Positions 47,927 through 57,888 of a DNA stretch of 64,000 bases are shown here, in pieces. The DNA comes from Oligoflexus sp. (GTDB taxonomy: Bacteria; Bdellovibrionota_B; Oligoflexia; Oligoflexales; Oligoflexaceae): assembly GCA_041736305.1 (NCBI GenBank), contig JBGSTX010000334.1:8754-72753 (forward strand). Reading direction: 5' to 3'. Positions within the stretch are counted from its first letter, which is position 1, and each line of letters starts with the position of its first letter. The position numbers and the translations under genes are program-made. Under the pieces are notes generated by a model. It had not been told where the DNA came from. It did not search any database and saw only the letters and a program-made list of their open reading frames with translations.

Positions 47927-48582
47927 ACCGGCCCCTGACTCAGCTGGTAGCCACCACCATAAACGCTTTTTATTTGGTATTGAGACGTTTCAAGGTAGCG
48001 CCTGAGCCTGGAAATATGACTGGCTATGCTGCGGCTGGAGACTTTTACATGCCGCCAGACTTCGGCAGTAAGATCTTCATGACTTAAACAACGATCGGGA
48101 TGCTTTAGAAAAACCCTGAGGATTTGCAGCTCTTTGGGAGCTAGACGAACCCAGACGCCGTCGGGTAGAATCCGCAGTCGCTGCCCTTCAACATCGAGAC
48201 AAATTTCACCTAATTGCAGATAAGTACTGGATCGAAGATCTGGATTTGAAAGAATCTGCTGGAGGAGGAATGGCAGCTCTCGCCAATCTTCTGGACGCAC
48301 GATCCAGACTCCTTCTATCGTCAGAAGTTCGTGGCCATCCCCAATATAAATCCGATTAACATCTTGCCACTGTAAGCTGAGTATCTGGTCGAGGTTGGAT
48401 ATTTCCTCGGGGAAATCTGCACAACGAACGACGATAGCATCGGGCCGCTTTCTGCTCATGGGACTTAGCCGGAAAAAATTGCGAAGCGAGGCAAAAGCTC
48501 TTACAGCAAAGTCGCCCTGCAGTAGATCGGGCAAATTTTCTTGAGCTGGCCTAGGGGTTTCCAAAACCCAGACTACTGCCAT
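47923..48582 (-). CDS. OmpR-type winged-helix regulator with degenerate receiver domain
   Basis: LAPKELQIL, VW, SRSIASHISRLR, IKSVYGGGY; N-terminus PDAIVVR lacks the canonical Asp. Confidence 0.8.
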   Translation of the reverse strand: MAVVWVLETPRPAQENLPDLLQGDFAVRAFASLRNFFRLSPMSRKRPDAIVVRCADFPEEISNLDQILSLQWQDVNRIYIGDGHELLTIEGVWIVRPEDWRELPFLLQQILSNPDLRSSTYLQLGEICLDVEGQRLRILPDGVWVRLAPKELQILRVFLKHPDRCLSHEDLTAEVWRHVKVSSRSIASHISRLRRYLETSQYQIKSVYGGGYQLSQGPV

Positions 48583-48592
48583 CGGCGCGTCC

Positions 48593-49795
48593 TCACAAAT
48601 CTATGCTGCAGAGGTTATAGCGACCTGACGAAGACCCAGGGCCTTTGGAAAGAAGATAAAACTCCTCGGAAGGCTCATGATAGAAAGCCTGGTAAAAAGA
48701 TGAGCCTTCTTTGAAGGTTCCAGCATATCCTTTAGGCTTAGCTTCCTTATCGACAACGGAATAAAGGGCTACGGTTAACTCATGATCGAGCCATTGTGGA
48801 AGGAGCAGATACTCACCCTTGGGACCTTGTGTGAGCAAAGGCTGAGCGACGTGCACCTTTGAAAGCGGCAAACTTATCTGGACCTCCCTGGTGAAGGGCT
48901 TAACCTTGCTCAAGCGTGCAATATCTATAGAAGCGTTTTCCCATAGAAGAGAATCACCCTTGATCATGGCTATTAAGGCATGATCGTAGGCTTCGCTATA
49001 TGACCAGCTTTCCACCCGACCTTTATCATCGAGTTCGAAGGGCCGCTCTTTTGAATTCGCTCGCCAACTAATTACGTGATGCCGGGGCTCACTTTTCACT
49101 TTGTCAGACGTACCCCGATCGAGCCAAAGAATTTGGCTAACACCCTGGCTATCGTTGAACATTCCAGCTTGCCCGATCACGTTGGGAGCCAACTCCGGCT
49201 TGATGCGAAGGCCTCCCTTTCCCCCTGTGTCTATTTCAATCTGCTGGTAGGGCTGATCATCCATGGCCTCGTCATTTTTTTCTTCACGGATGAGTGCTCG
49301 CAGCACCCCTTTTTCCAGGGTCCAAGGACCCAATTCCCAGCTACCTTTACTGTCGATCACATTTTGGAGGAGGACAGCGTTATTAGTCAGATCGCGGACC
49401 TGCAGGACTGCCTGATCCTTATCTTTAGTCTTGAGAACGAAGATGGGATTTTGTCCGGAGATACCAGCCCCTAAAAAAGTCGCGTCCTGACTGACGGGTA
49501 ACGGGACCAAGCGCTCTTCTTCGAGTTGGCCGAGGGAAGCGAAAGGCAGATGATAGAGACTTTTGACTCCGCGACGACTCGTGACCTCAAGTATAAGCGA
49601 CGGTCCAAGGCTCGGTATTACGTGAACGCGATCAATTCTTAGATCATCGGGTTTCAGAGGTAAGTCCTTGCAACTTAGGCTATCCGCCTCCTGGAGAGCA
49701 GACCACTCCGACTTGAGCTGTCCCCTACCCCAGTGCGAGCAGGCTGTTGTGGATGCAAGTACGACGAACACTGGCACAGCAAATCTCAGCTTCAT
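48593..49795 (-). CDS. hypothetical lipoprotein (beta-rich)
   Basis: MKLRFAVPVFVVLASTTAC lipobox at 49795; no recognised domain. Confidence 0.65.
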   Translation of the reverse strand: MKLRFAVPVFVVLASTTACSHWGRGQLKSEWSALQEADSLSCKDLPLKPDDLRIDRVHVIPSLGPSLILEVTSRRGVKSLYHLPFASLGQLEEERLVPLPVSQDATFLGAGISGQNPIFVLKTKDKDQAVLQVRDLTNNAVLLQNVIDSKGSWELGPWTLEKGVLRALIREEKNDEAMDDQPYQQIEIDTGGKGGLRIKPELAPNVIGQAGMFNDSQGVSQILWLDRGTSDKVKSEPRHHVISWRANSKERPFELDDKGRVESWSYSEAYDHALIAMIKGDSLLWENASIDIARLSKVKPFTREVQISLPLSKVHVAQPLLTQGPKGEYLLLPQWLDHELTVALYSVVDKEAKPKGYAGTFKEGSSFYQAFYHEPSEEFYLLSKGPGSSSGRYNLCSIDL

Positions 49796-49866
49796 AAGAG
49801 CCCTTACTCTCGACTCAAGAATGTCGCAAAAGTGACGATAGCTTATTACATGTGTGAGGTTATTGT

Positions 49867-50196
49867 ATGCGATCATGGAAGATCCTCCAAAGCCTTTTCT
49901 TTTCCAGTTGGGCTCTGGCTTTTACGGGCTGTCAGACGATTCTGCTCCCTGAGGCGGTGGTGCCAGTGGCACTGCCTTATATTAAAAATTCTGCCAACGA
50001 ATGTTATTATCTTGATGAATTCATGCCGGTTCCCGATGCGATGGTAACTGGCGAGGCGGGGGCGATGCGCCTGCGTTACTACACTTACAAGCTCGCCAAT
50101 TACAAGGATTGGGACAAGCGGGAGATTGTTCTCTCTTTTTATTCACGCAATGAAAAATGCTGGTCTCTTTTTGAAGAGTATTACATCGTTCGCTAA
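49867..50196 (+). CDS. small hypothetical lipoprotein
   Basis: GAGG RBS; AFTGC lipobox; two further Cys. Confidence 0.65.
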   Translation: MRSWKILQSLFFSSWALAFTGCQTILLPEAVVPVALPYIKNSANECYYLDEFMPVPDAMVTGEAGAMRLRYYTYKLANYKDWDKREIVLSFYSRNEKCWSLFEEYYIVR

Positions 50197-50284
50197 AGCC
50201 GCTGCTCATGTTCTTCGTGGTTTAAATCCTTCGTTATCTCGCCCATTTGAGATACAATAGAAAAGAACTAAAAAGGAGCGTCCG

Positions 50285-51418
50285 GTGAGATCTGCGAACG
50301 TCGTGCGCCTCGCGCTTGCACTTGGGTCTAGCTGCGTCCTACAAGCCTGTATCACTCTCGAGGCTCCGAAAGCAGTTATCGTTCCACCGCCTCCTGCCTC
50401 CCTAGCTCCGCAAAGCCAAGGTAATCATCAGCGGCAGGTCCCCGACCCTCAGGCAGCGGCAAAAGCAGCAGCTTCGGCCGCTGCTTTGGTTGAACAAGCT
50501 AATCAGTATGCTCGAGACGGTCTCTATCGTGAGGCTATTTCGGCTTTCAAAAAATATTTGGTAGATAATCCTAAAGATGCGGGTGCTCACCGAACTCTAG
50601 GCATTATTTATGTAAAAACTGGGGCTTACAAGCTATCTCTAACTCACTTTCTGGAAGCTCTGCCCAACTTCCCAGATAACTTCGAACTCAATTATTATGT
50701 AGCGGAAGCTTACCGTACGCAAAATCGCTATGCAGACGCCATCTACCATTACAAAAGGGCTCTGCAAACCGATCCCAAAAGTATGCCTGCCCTCAAGGCC
50801 CTGACTTGGAGCTACTACAGCATCCGCTATTACGCAGAGGCGCTTAAATCATCACGGCAGCTCAAAAAGCTTGAGCCAAATGATTTTCAAGTTTCTATTA
50901 TTCAAGCCCGCATTATGAATAAAATTGGCATGAATGATAAAGCTCTGACTATTCTCAATAAGGCCGAGGCCCTCTCTACTCCTGACGAAGTCGCCTACCT
51001 GTTTAGTGTCAAAGGCGATATCTACTTGGATCAAGGTGAAAGCGAAAAGGCCGAGCAAGCTTACCGTCGAGCACTTCAGGATCAGCCTTTGCTTCCTGGT
51101 GCTCTCACCGGCCTAGCTAAAAAAATGTTAAATGAGGATAGAGGTCGCGAACTGGCCATTACTTATCTCGAGCGGGCCGTTCGAGTTAGACCGAGTCATT
51201 ACGAAGCTTTTTATCTTTTAGGCCGCGCCTATGAGAAGACGGACTCTAAGAAGGCTAATGAGTACTATCGGCAATTCTACAAGGAAGCTTCCTATGACCC
51301 ACTTTTCCAGCGCGAAGTAGCTCAGCTTCGCAGTAGGTTTTCAGATGATGAAAAGAAAAAGGGTTTGGAAGCTGCTGCCCCCCCAACACGCGCTGAGGAT
51401 CTCGAAGATCAACTCTGA
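50285..51418 (+). CDS. tetratricopeptide-repeat lipoprotein
   Basis: LQAC lipobox, Pro/Ala linker, multiple TPRs (AHRTLGIIY, YYVAEAY...AIYHYKRAL, AFYLLGRAY); AAGGAG RBS. Confidence 0.85.
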   Translation: MRSANVVRLALALGSSCVLQACITLEAPKAVIVPPPPASLAPQSQGNHQRQVPDPQAAAKAAASAAALVEQANQYARDGLYREAISAFKKYLVDNPKDAGAHRTLGIIYVKTGAYKLSLTHFLEALPNFPDNFELNYYVAEAYRTQNRYADAIYHYKRALQTDPKSMPALKALTWSYYSIRYYAEALKSSRQLKKLEPNDFQVSIIQARIMNKIGMNDKALTILNKAEALSTPDEVAYLFSVKGDIYLDQGESEKAEQAYRRALQDQPLLPGALTGLAKKMLNEDRGRELAITYLERAVRVRPSHYEAFYLLGRAYEKTDSKKANEYYRQFYKEASYDPLFQREVAQLRSRFSDDEKKKGLEAAAPPTRAEDLEDQL

Positions 51419-51428
51419 GTAATCCCGC

Positions 51429-51896
51429 TTAGAGCAGCTTCATCTCCTCTTTTTGAAAGCTGAGAAGACTGCGCCGAGCATCAAAGAGATTCTTGTAGGA
51501 ATCGTAGCGGACCTTTAACCGATCGCATTCGCGCCTAGCCTCAAGAAGCTTTTCTAGAAATTCCAAGTATTCGACGTCGGTTTCGGTCAGGCGTTTGAGT
51601 TTAGCTTCACTCAAATTACCGTCATCAAGACGTAGCGATATGCGGGCACGGATCGTTGGCTTTAATAGGTCAAAATATTCAGCTTTTTTCTTAGCCTCGA
51701 CGTACGCTAGACCGACCTTATTGGCAATGTGAACAATCTCCTCGAGACCTAATTTATCCCAGGACTTACCTTCGGGGCTGTGTCCTGTTTTGTCACTGGC
51801 AGTCACACTTCTACTCTTTTCTAGGCCTCGCCCAGCGAAGCTTTTTTGATTAAAAACCCGCGTGTCGCTCCAGATTCGCCTACTTTGTCCGGACAC
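51429..51896 (-). CDS. hypothetical coiled-coil protein (possibly UvsY-like)
   Basis: Long amphipathic helices: SEAKLKRL.ETD.EY...LEARRECDRLKVRYDS...RSLLSFQKEEM. Confidence 0.6.
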   Translation of the reverse strand: MSGQSRRIWSDTRVFNQKSFAGRGLEKSRSVTASDKTGHSPEGKSWDKLGLEEIVHIANKVGLAYVEAKKKAEYFDLLKPTIRARISLRLDDGNLSEAKLKRLTETDVEYLEFLEKLLEARRECDRLKVRYDSYKNLFDARRSLLSFQKEEMKLL

Positions 51897-52013
51897 TTCA
51901 AGTCGAGACCTTAAGAACTTTCAAATTTTTTCCCTTGCTAGGAACCAACGAGCTGAAACTTCATCAAATTTAAGGAAATAATTCCCTTATTTTACTTTAT
52001 AAAATTTTCTGCT

Positions 52014-52040
52014 TCAGTTTTTTCTCATCCTTACCGATAG
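52014..52040 (+). promoter_or_regulatory. putative sigma28/FliA-like promoter
   Basis: TCAG-N15-ACCGATAG upstream of the ORF at 52068. Confidence 0.5.
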
Positions 52041-52067
52041 GGAAACAGGTCCTTCGAACCTGCCAAT

Positions 52068-52703
52068 ATGGCAATTTCGGCAGAGGTTATTGTTATGGGC
52101 GATGTCTCTCTCTTAAGTCCTCGAGACTTTTTTCGCGAACAGATCTGCACAGCAGCATCCGACCTTCGGATGGAGCTGGACGAGCACCTCGAATTTTACC
52201 TTGTTAACCTGCTCTGTGAATTTATAAATCCAGCACAGCTTCAGATCGATGAAAGTATGGATGTGCTCGATACACCCCTTGCGCTCATCCTTAAAAAAGC
52301 TCTTGAATCCACTCCGAGCACTCAAATTAAGGTCTATAAACGCCTAGGAGATACAAGCCTATACGTTGCGGGATATTTTCAAGATTTCTTTAATCGTCGC
52401 ACCTACGACGCAGACTATTATATCGCGATGGGAGTTGCCGCCTATGAGAGAACTTCCGTTCTGATGCGGAACCATCGAAACGATGTTCATTTCGCGAGTA
52501 TTTACGCGGAACTCTCCCAGGAATTCAGAAAGTTGGTAGCCATCATTGGCAACGTCTCTGAATCTATTAGCCCGGCTCGTCCTCGCGACCTGATTTCGAC
52601 CTTTACCCGTTGGCAGCAAACGCCTTCGGAGAAACTTCGCAAGGAACTTGAAGAGTTAGGCCTGAGTTTACCGCGCACTCTGGCGAAAGACACTCCTTCA
52701 TGA
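52068..52703 (+). CDS. conserved hypothetical protein (YLVNLL / RLGD.SL...G.F family)
   Basis: EFYLVNLL, KRLGDTSLYVAGYF, DYYIAMG..AY, YAELS..F; start may be ATG 52095 behind GAGG. Confidence 0.7.
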   Translation: MAISAEVIVMGDVSLLSPRDFFREQICTAASDLRMELDEHLEFYLVNLLCEFINPAQLQIDESMDVLDTPLALILKKALESTPSTQIKVYKRLGDTSLYVAGYFQDFFNRRTYDADYYIAMGVAAYERTSVLMRNHRNDVHFASIYAELSQEFRKLVAIIGNVSESISPARPRDLISTFTRWQQTPSEKLRKELEELGLSLPRTLAKDTPS

Positions 52704-53356
52704 GTGCTCTGAAGAGCATGATTATTCAGGTTGAAGAGGATCTCGCCCGCTCCTATGGGTTCCGTATCAATACTTCCGCCAGCGACTGCCTCCTACCACC
52801 AGAAGCAGCTAGCAGGCTCAAAGCAGGTGAGCGGGCAGCCGTGCTGGTCTACGAAGAAGCTGGTAGCGATGAGCTAGAACTCGGTGTCTATCTGCATCCA
52901 CAAATTATGGAAGAACTGCAGTCATCTGACTTGTTGCGCAACCTGAAACTTGAAAATCTCGATGTTTTCTGTGTTCTTATTGAGGAGATAAGTCATTTTC
53001 ATTTAGTTGCCAATCGAGCAATCAAAGGCCAAGGAGTAAGCCGCCTCGAACTCGAGTGGCAAGGAGAGGTGGATAAGGTCCTGCTCGCGGGAAGCTATCT
53101 CTTGGCTCAAACGGGTCAATCCTATTTACTTCAGCTAGCTCACCTTATCTTCGATCGATCTCAGTGTTACTCGGCTCAGGTAGCGCTTTACGATGAAGCT
53201 CTTTTTTATGCAGCTAGACATTGGTATCAGCTCATCGCCGATCTAAAGTCACATGACGCTAGAGAGCAATTGTGCTTGGCTCGAGATGCTTTTCGCGGCA
53301 CCTACCACCTCCATTGGTCAGACAAGCTTAGTGCTCTTCAAAGAAGGCGCAAATAA
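52700..53356 (+). CDS. conserved hypothetical protein with zincin-like EEISH...E motif
   Basis: LELGVY, LIEEISHF, VSRLELEWQGEVDK; ATGA coupling to the upstream gene. Confidence 0.7.
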   Translation: MSALKSMIIQVEEDLARSYGFRINTSASDCLLPPEAASRLKAGERAAVLVYEEAGSDELELGVYLHPQIMEELQSSDLLRNLKLENLDVFCVLIEEISHFHLVANRAIKGQGVSRLELEWQGEVDKVLLAGSYLLAQTGQSYLLQLAHLIFDRSQCYSAQVALYDEALFYAARHWYQLIADLKSHDAREQLCLARDAFRGTYHLHWSDKLSALQRRRK

Positions 53357-53359
53357 TGT

Positions 53360-53390
53360 AAAACCCTCCGATTTTTGCAAATCAGAGGGC
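53360..53390 (-). terminator. intrinsic terminator of gltA, between convergent genes
   Basis: Minus strand CCCTCTGATTT-GCAA-AAATCGGAGGG stem (one G-U pair) followed by TTTT. Confidence 0.75.
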
Positions 53391-53415
53391 TTAAACAGGA
53401 AAAAACTAAGCTACT

Positions 53416-54723
53416 TTAGGTACGGCTATTGACCGGCTTATAAGTGCGAGCCACAGGACCAGTATAGATCTGCCTTGGGCGACCAATCTTGGTGTCCTTA
53501 GATTCCGCCATCTCTTTCCACTGAGCCAACCAACCTGGAAGACGCCCTAGAGCGAACATCACGGTAAACATATTAGTCGGTATATTGAGGGCCTTATATA
53601 TGATCCCCGAATAGAAATCGACATTAGGGTAGAGCTTGCGTTCGACGAAATAGGGATCCTTAAGAGCTTCTTCCTCAAGACCTTTAGCTATGTCTAAGAG
53701 AGGGTCTTGAATTTTCAGCTTCTTCAGTACTGCGTCACACGACTGCTTAATAATCCTCGCCCGGGGATCGAAGTTCTTATAAACGCGGTGCCCAAAACCC
53801 ATCAGACGGAAATTGTCATTTTTATCTTTGGCCTTTTGGATAAACTTTTTATAACCCCCGCCATCGGCCTGAATCTCTTGTAACATTTCAATTACAGCTT
53901 GATTCGCACCACCGTGCAAAGGTCCCCAGAGAGCACTCACACCAGCGGCTATAGAGGCATAAAGATTCGCTTTTGACGAGCCAACCAATCGGACCGTCGA
54001 CGTCGAACAGTTTTGCTCATGGTCGGCATGCAAAATCAAAAGTACGTTGAGTGCTTGGGCGACTTCTGGATCCGGAACTTTTCCATGCATCATCTGCAAG
54101 AAATCAGAGCAGTAGTCATATTTTTGGGGCTGAGAGTCGACCAGCGCTTCCTTGCGACCTGCACGATAGGTATACGCCGCAAAGTTTTTAACCTGAGCCA
54201 TAAGCTGGGCCATGACCGTAGTTGCTTTGGCCTCACTGAGATCTTGGTCGAGATATTCAGGATAGTAAGCTGACATAGCTGCAAGGACGCTGGCCAGTAC
54301 ACCCATGGGATGGGCATCACGAGGAAAAGCCTGAATCATAGACTTCAATTCAGGTTTGCTGGTCGCATGCTCATTGATCTGTCGGTTGAAGTTTTTAATT
54401 TGCTCCGCAGTGGGCAGTTCACCGTAGATCAGCAGATAGGCAACTTCCATAAAGTTTGATTTTTCTGCAAGCTCTTCAATGGGGTACCCACGGTAGCGAA
54501 GAATGCCTCGTTCACCATCGAGAAAGGTGATGGATGAGGTGCACGCTGCCGTATTCATAAAGCCGTGGTCAAGCGTCACGAGGCCCGTGTCCTGGCGAAG
54601 CTTGTTGATATCGAGCGCCAGTTCGCCTTCGCTACCTTCCAAAACCGAAAGTTCGAGGGTCCGATTGTTGTAGATAAGGTCCGCAGAGTTCTTGGTCATG
54701 GGCACATGTCTCGCTACTGTCAT
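53416..54723 (-). CDS. gltA: citrate synthase
   Basis: GILRYRGY, HPMG, LHADHEQNCST, WGPLHGGAN, GFGHRVYKNFDPR, YPNVDFYSG, RPRQIY. Confidence 0.96.
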   Translation of the reverse strand: MTVARHVPMTKNSADLIYNNRTLELSVLEGSEGELALDINKLRQDTGLVTLDHGFMNTAACTSSITFLDGERGILRYRGYPIEELAEKSNFMEVAYLLIYGELPTAEQIKNFNRQINEHATSKPELKSMIQAFPRDAHPMGVLASVLAAMSAYYPEYLDQDLSEAKATTVMAQLMAQVKNFAAYTYRAGRKEALVDSQPQKYDYCSDFLQMMHGKVPDPEVAQALNVLLILHADHEQNCSTSTVRLVGSSKANLYASIAAGVSALWGPLHGGANQAVIEMLQEIQADGGGYKKFIQKAKDKNDNFRLMGFGHRVYKNFDPRARIIKQSCDAVLKKLKIQDPLLDIAKGLEEEALKDPYFVERKLYPNVDFYSGIIYKALNIPTNMFTVMFALGRLPGWLAQWKEMAESKDTKIGRPRQIYTGPVARTYKPVNSRT

Positions 54724-54770
54724 TGTATTCTCCCGTCACAAATCACAAAGGGCACACGGCCACATCAGAG

Positions 54771-54797
54771 ATATCGGAACGGGATGAATAAAATTAA
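54771..54797 (-). promoter_or_regulatory. putative sigma28/FliA-like promoter for gltA
   Basis: Minus strand TTAA-N15-TCCGATAT, 47 nt upstream of the ATG. Confidence 0.5.
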
Positions 54798-54844
54798 ATG
54801 AAATCGAATCCTAGTGAAAAGCCATCTTCAAAACAGGGTGTAAT

Positions 54845-55906
54845 TTATGGCAGCGATCCCTGTCTAAATTTCTCTAACCAGAGCGCACCATCCTTGAGGC
54901 CTCTGGACTGTAAATCGATTTGGAGTTTTACCAAACGCTGAGCGCCATCACTTCGTTCCAACAAGTCGCGGGCATCTTCTTCCGCGCGCGGATAGTCACG
55001 GGCCTCGAGCGCAATAGCCAAGCGCTCGGTGCGAGCTTCCATATCATCGGGCGCCAGTTCTAGAAGTCGGCTGAGATAGTAGTATTTTTCCTCAATCCTA
55101 TCTGCAGCCTGAATGGCGCTTTGTAGCCGGTATAGCACGTAGCGAGGTGAACTGCCAACCGCACTACCACCAATCAGAACGAATCCCAGTAGCCCAGCTA
55201 TCAACCAACCCTGTCGTGGCGCAGCGGGCATCAATCGATTTGCCTTCACGCGAAGCAGGACATAAGCGAAAGTGACACCAACCAGCAAGCCCCCGATGTG
55301 AGCTGCATTATCGATCTGCGGTATAATAAATCCAAATAAAATATTCGCAACAACCATTCCCGTATAGGCACCAGTACGTGGTTTGTATCCAGTCATTTGC
55401 TTGATGCGGGATTGAATCGTTCTCTCTACATAGAGGCCGCAGCCCAAGAGCCCAAACAAGGCTCCGGATGCACCAACACTGGTTACAAGAGAAGTCAGCG
55501 AACTCGCCATCGTTCCACCGAGGCCTGCTAAGAGATAGAGCAGAAGAAAACGGCCTGGCTTTAGCAGATATTCAAGTTGGTAGGCTAAGACGTAAAGGGC
55601 CCAGTTATTTAATGCGTAGTGGAGAAAGCCGCCGTGGATGAACATCGGGGTGACAAGGCGCCAGTATTCGCCTTTTGCCAGGAGAATGGGGTCTTTTGCT
55701 CCGAAAGCTAGGAGCACATTGAGATCGACGGACAAGAGACCTAGCTGATCAGATTGGAATGCCGTGATAATGTACACGATTGTATTGAGGAGAATAATTC
55801 GACCTGACCAGGTACAGACGAGAAAACTCCAACCCTTCGGCTGAGCCACAGGTGGGATAAGGGCTTGGGGAGTGGTTTTGTCGTCGTCTTGTGTCCTATA
55901 GTACAC
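54845..55906 (-). CDS. rhomboid family intramembrane serine protease with C-terminal TPR-like helices
   Basis: YWRLVTPMFIH, H..NN, SVGASGALFG, IDNAAHIGG. Confidence 0.92.
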   Translation of the reverse strand: MYYRTQDDDKTTPQALIPPVAQPKGWSFLVCTWSGRIILLNTIVYIITAFQSDQLGLLSVDLNVLLAFGAKDPILLAKGEYWRLVTPMFIHGGFLHYALNNWALYVLAYQLEYLLKPGRFLLLYLLAGLGGTMASSLTSLVTSVGASGALFGLLGCGLYVERTIQSRIKQMTGYKPRTGAYTGMVVANILFGFIIPQIDNAAHIGGLLVGVTFAYVLLRVKANRLMPAAPRQGWLIAGLLGFVLIGGSAVGSSPRYVLYRLQSAIQAADRIEEKYYYLSRLLELAPDDMEARTERLAIALEARDYPRAEEDARDLLERSDGAQRLVKLQIDLQSRGLKDGALWLEKFRQGSLP

Positions 55907-55920
55907 AGCATCCTGGGCGT

Positions 55921-56367
55921 TTATAGAATAAAAAAATCAGCCTGTGGGGCGTGCATATCGAGCCAACGGCTGCCCCGAAAATCTCGGGTTGGGTGCTGAC
56001 TAGAAAGGAGCCACACAGGAGTGGTGCCATATTCTGGATGAGAAAGGAACAAGAGAACCTGCGTGACCTCCACTTCGCCGCCTTGAGGAGCTTTGATCAC
56101 TTCTGCCGAAAGACGCACCACCTGTCCTTCTTGCATACTAATATGGATATGATCGCTCTGTAGCATGAGCTCGTCGAAGTGACCCGTCCGTCTTTCACTT
56201 TGAAAGCGGATCTTAAAATCAGCCTCCCCTACCTTCTTAATGCTCAGAATCTTGTACCGGCCGCCCACGCGTTCGAGTTGAGCCGTAGAATCAGCAGCAA
56301 ACGCAGCGAAACTGCTCAAGAGAAGCCAAAGTCCAATGAACCAACGCATAGGGTTTTCCTTTGTCAA
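55921..56367 (-). CDS. hypothetical secreted protein
   Basis: Signal peptide MRWFIGLWLLLSSFAAFA; in an operon-like run with hutH. Confidence 0.6.
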   Translation of the reverse strand: MTKENPMRWFIGLWLLLSSFAAFAADSTAQLERVGGRYKILSIKKVGEADFKIRFQSERRTGHFDELMLQSDHIHISMQEGQVVRLSAEVIKAPQGGEVEVTQVLLFLSHPEYGTTPVWLLSSQHPTRDFRGSRWLDMHAPQADFFIL

Positions 56368-57884
56368 ACAGATTCAGCTGGTAGAAACGCAAGCAGGGAA
56401 CCTGCCTCAATCCAGGCTGTCAGGGCTTTAATTTCTTCGTGAAGCGAGCGATCGCAATCCATTGACGGAGATATTTGGCGCACAGCATCGTAAATTCTTT
56501 TCAGACTAGGGTTTGGCTCAAGGGGAAGCAGGAGGTCGAGTCCTTGACACGCGCTCAAAAGCTCAATGGCGAGAACATGTGCAATGTTCTTCTGAATACG
56601 ACGCGCCTTAAGAGCCGCGATTGGGCCCATGCTCACATGGTCTTCCTTGTCGGCCGAGGTTGGTATGCTGTCGACTGATGCAGGATGCGCCAAGATTTTG
56701 TTCTCAGAAACCAAAGCTGCAGCCACGACATGGGGAATCATGTAACCGGAGTTGAGGCCGCTCTCTCGCGATAGGAACGCAGGGAGGCCGCTCATGTTTG
56801 GATTCGTCAGCTTTTCGATGCGACGCTCGGAAATGCTTCCTATCTCCGCCATGGCGATCCCAAGAAAGTCCATCACAAGTGCCAACGGCTGCCCGTGAAA
56901 ATTTCCGCCGCTGAGTATCGTGTCTGGGCCGAAGCACAAGGGATTATCAGTCACGCTGTTGAGTTCGATATTTATCTTTTCTTCAACAAAAGCAATTGTA
57001 TCATGGGTGGCACCATGCACCTGCGGAACACAGCGAAAACTGTAAGGATCCTGCACCCTCGAACAATCTACGTGACTTTCGACAATAGAATCTGGTTCGT
57101 TGAAAAGACTACGGATGCGTGCAGCGCTTTGAGCTTGTCCTACATGGGGACGCACGGCGTGAATACGGGCATCAAATGCGCTTAGAGTCCCGCGCAGGGC
57201 GTCGAGGCTAAGTGCCGCAATAATGTCTGCGGAGCTGGCGAGTATTTTCGCTTCTTCGACTGCGATGGCAGCCACCGAGCACATGAAGTGGGTGCCATTG
57301 ATAAGGGACAGCCCTTCTTTTGGCCCGAGCACGTGCGGCTTCAGCTGCGCTTTTTTATAAGCTTCTGCTGCTGACATCACTTCGCCTTTATATCGAACTT
57401 GACCTTCTCCCATCAGACCGAGAGCCAGGTGAGCAAGCGGCGCAAGATCACCAGACGCCCCAACACTGCCTTGTGCAGGGATTTGAGGAAGAATATCGTG
57501 CTCAATGCAGCGGATGATACTGGATAGGCAATCGAGAGATATACCTGAATGACCTATACTAAAGGTATGGGCTCGGAGAAAGAGCAGGCTCCTCACCAAG
57601 TTTGACTCAAGGTAGTCACCGACTCCGCAGGCATGCGAACGGACGAGATTTTCTTGAAGACGAGCCAATTTGTCGTCATCAATTCTCACGTCAGCAAGGT
57701 AGCCAAAACCCGTATTGATGCCGTAATACGTCCGCCCTGACAGCAGAGCTGCTTCAACCTGCTGCCGAAATTCTGTGACCCGCTGGCGACTGCGCGCCGA
57801 GAGTTCGAAATCCCAAAGTCCTCGCACAGCCTGTTGATAAAGTACGGCGGTACTTAGACGATCTTCTCCCAACTTGAACGGCAT
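56364..57884 (-). CDS. hutH: histidine ammonia-lyase
   Basis: YGINTGFG, LVRSHACG, SVGASGDLAPL (MIO), KEGLSLING, VQDPYSFRC, GGNFHGQP, EDHVSMG. Confidence 0.94.
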   Translation of the reverse strand: MPFKLGEDRLSTAVLYQQAVRGLWDFELSARSRQRVTEFRQQVEAALLSGRTYYGINTGFGYLADVRIDDDKLARLQENLVRSHACGVGDYLESNLVRSLLFLRAHTFSIGHSGISLDCLSSIIRCIEHDILPQIPAQGSVGASGDLAPLAHLALGLMGEGQVRYKGEVMSAAEAYKKAQLKPHVLGPKEGLSLINGTHFMCSVAAIAVEEAKILASSADIIAALSLDALRGTLSAFDARIHAVRPHVGQAQSAARIRSLFNEPDSIVESHVDCSRVQDPYSFRCVPQVHGATHDTIAFVEEKINIELNSVTDNPLCFGPDTILSGGNFHGQPLALVMDFLGIAMAEIGSISERRIEKLTNPNMSGLPAFLSRESGLNSGYMIPHVVAAALVSENKILAHPASVDSIPTSADKEDHVSMGPIAALKARRIQKNIAHVLAIELLSACQGLDLLLPLEPNPSLKRIYDAVRQISPSMDCDRSLHEEIKALTAWIEAGSLLAFLPAESV

Positions 57885-57888
57885 AGAA

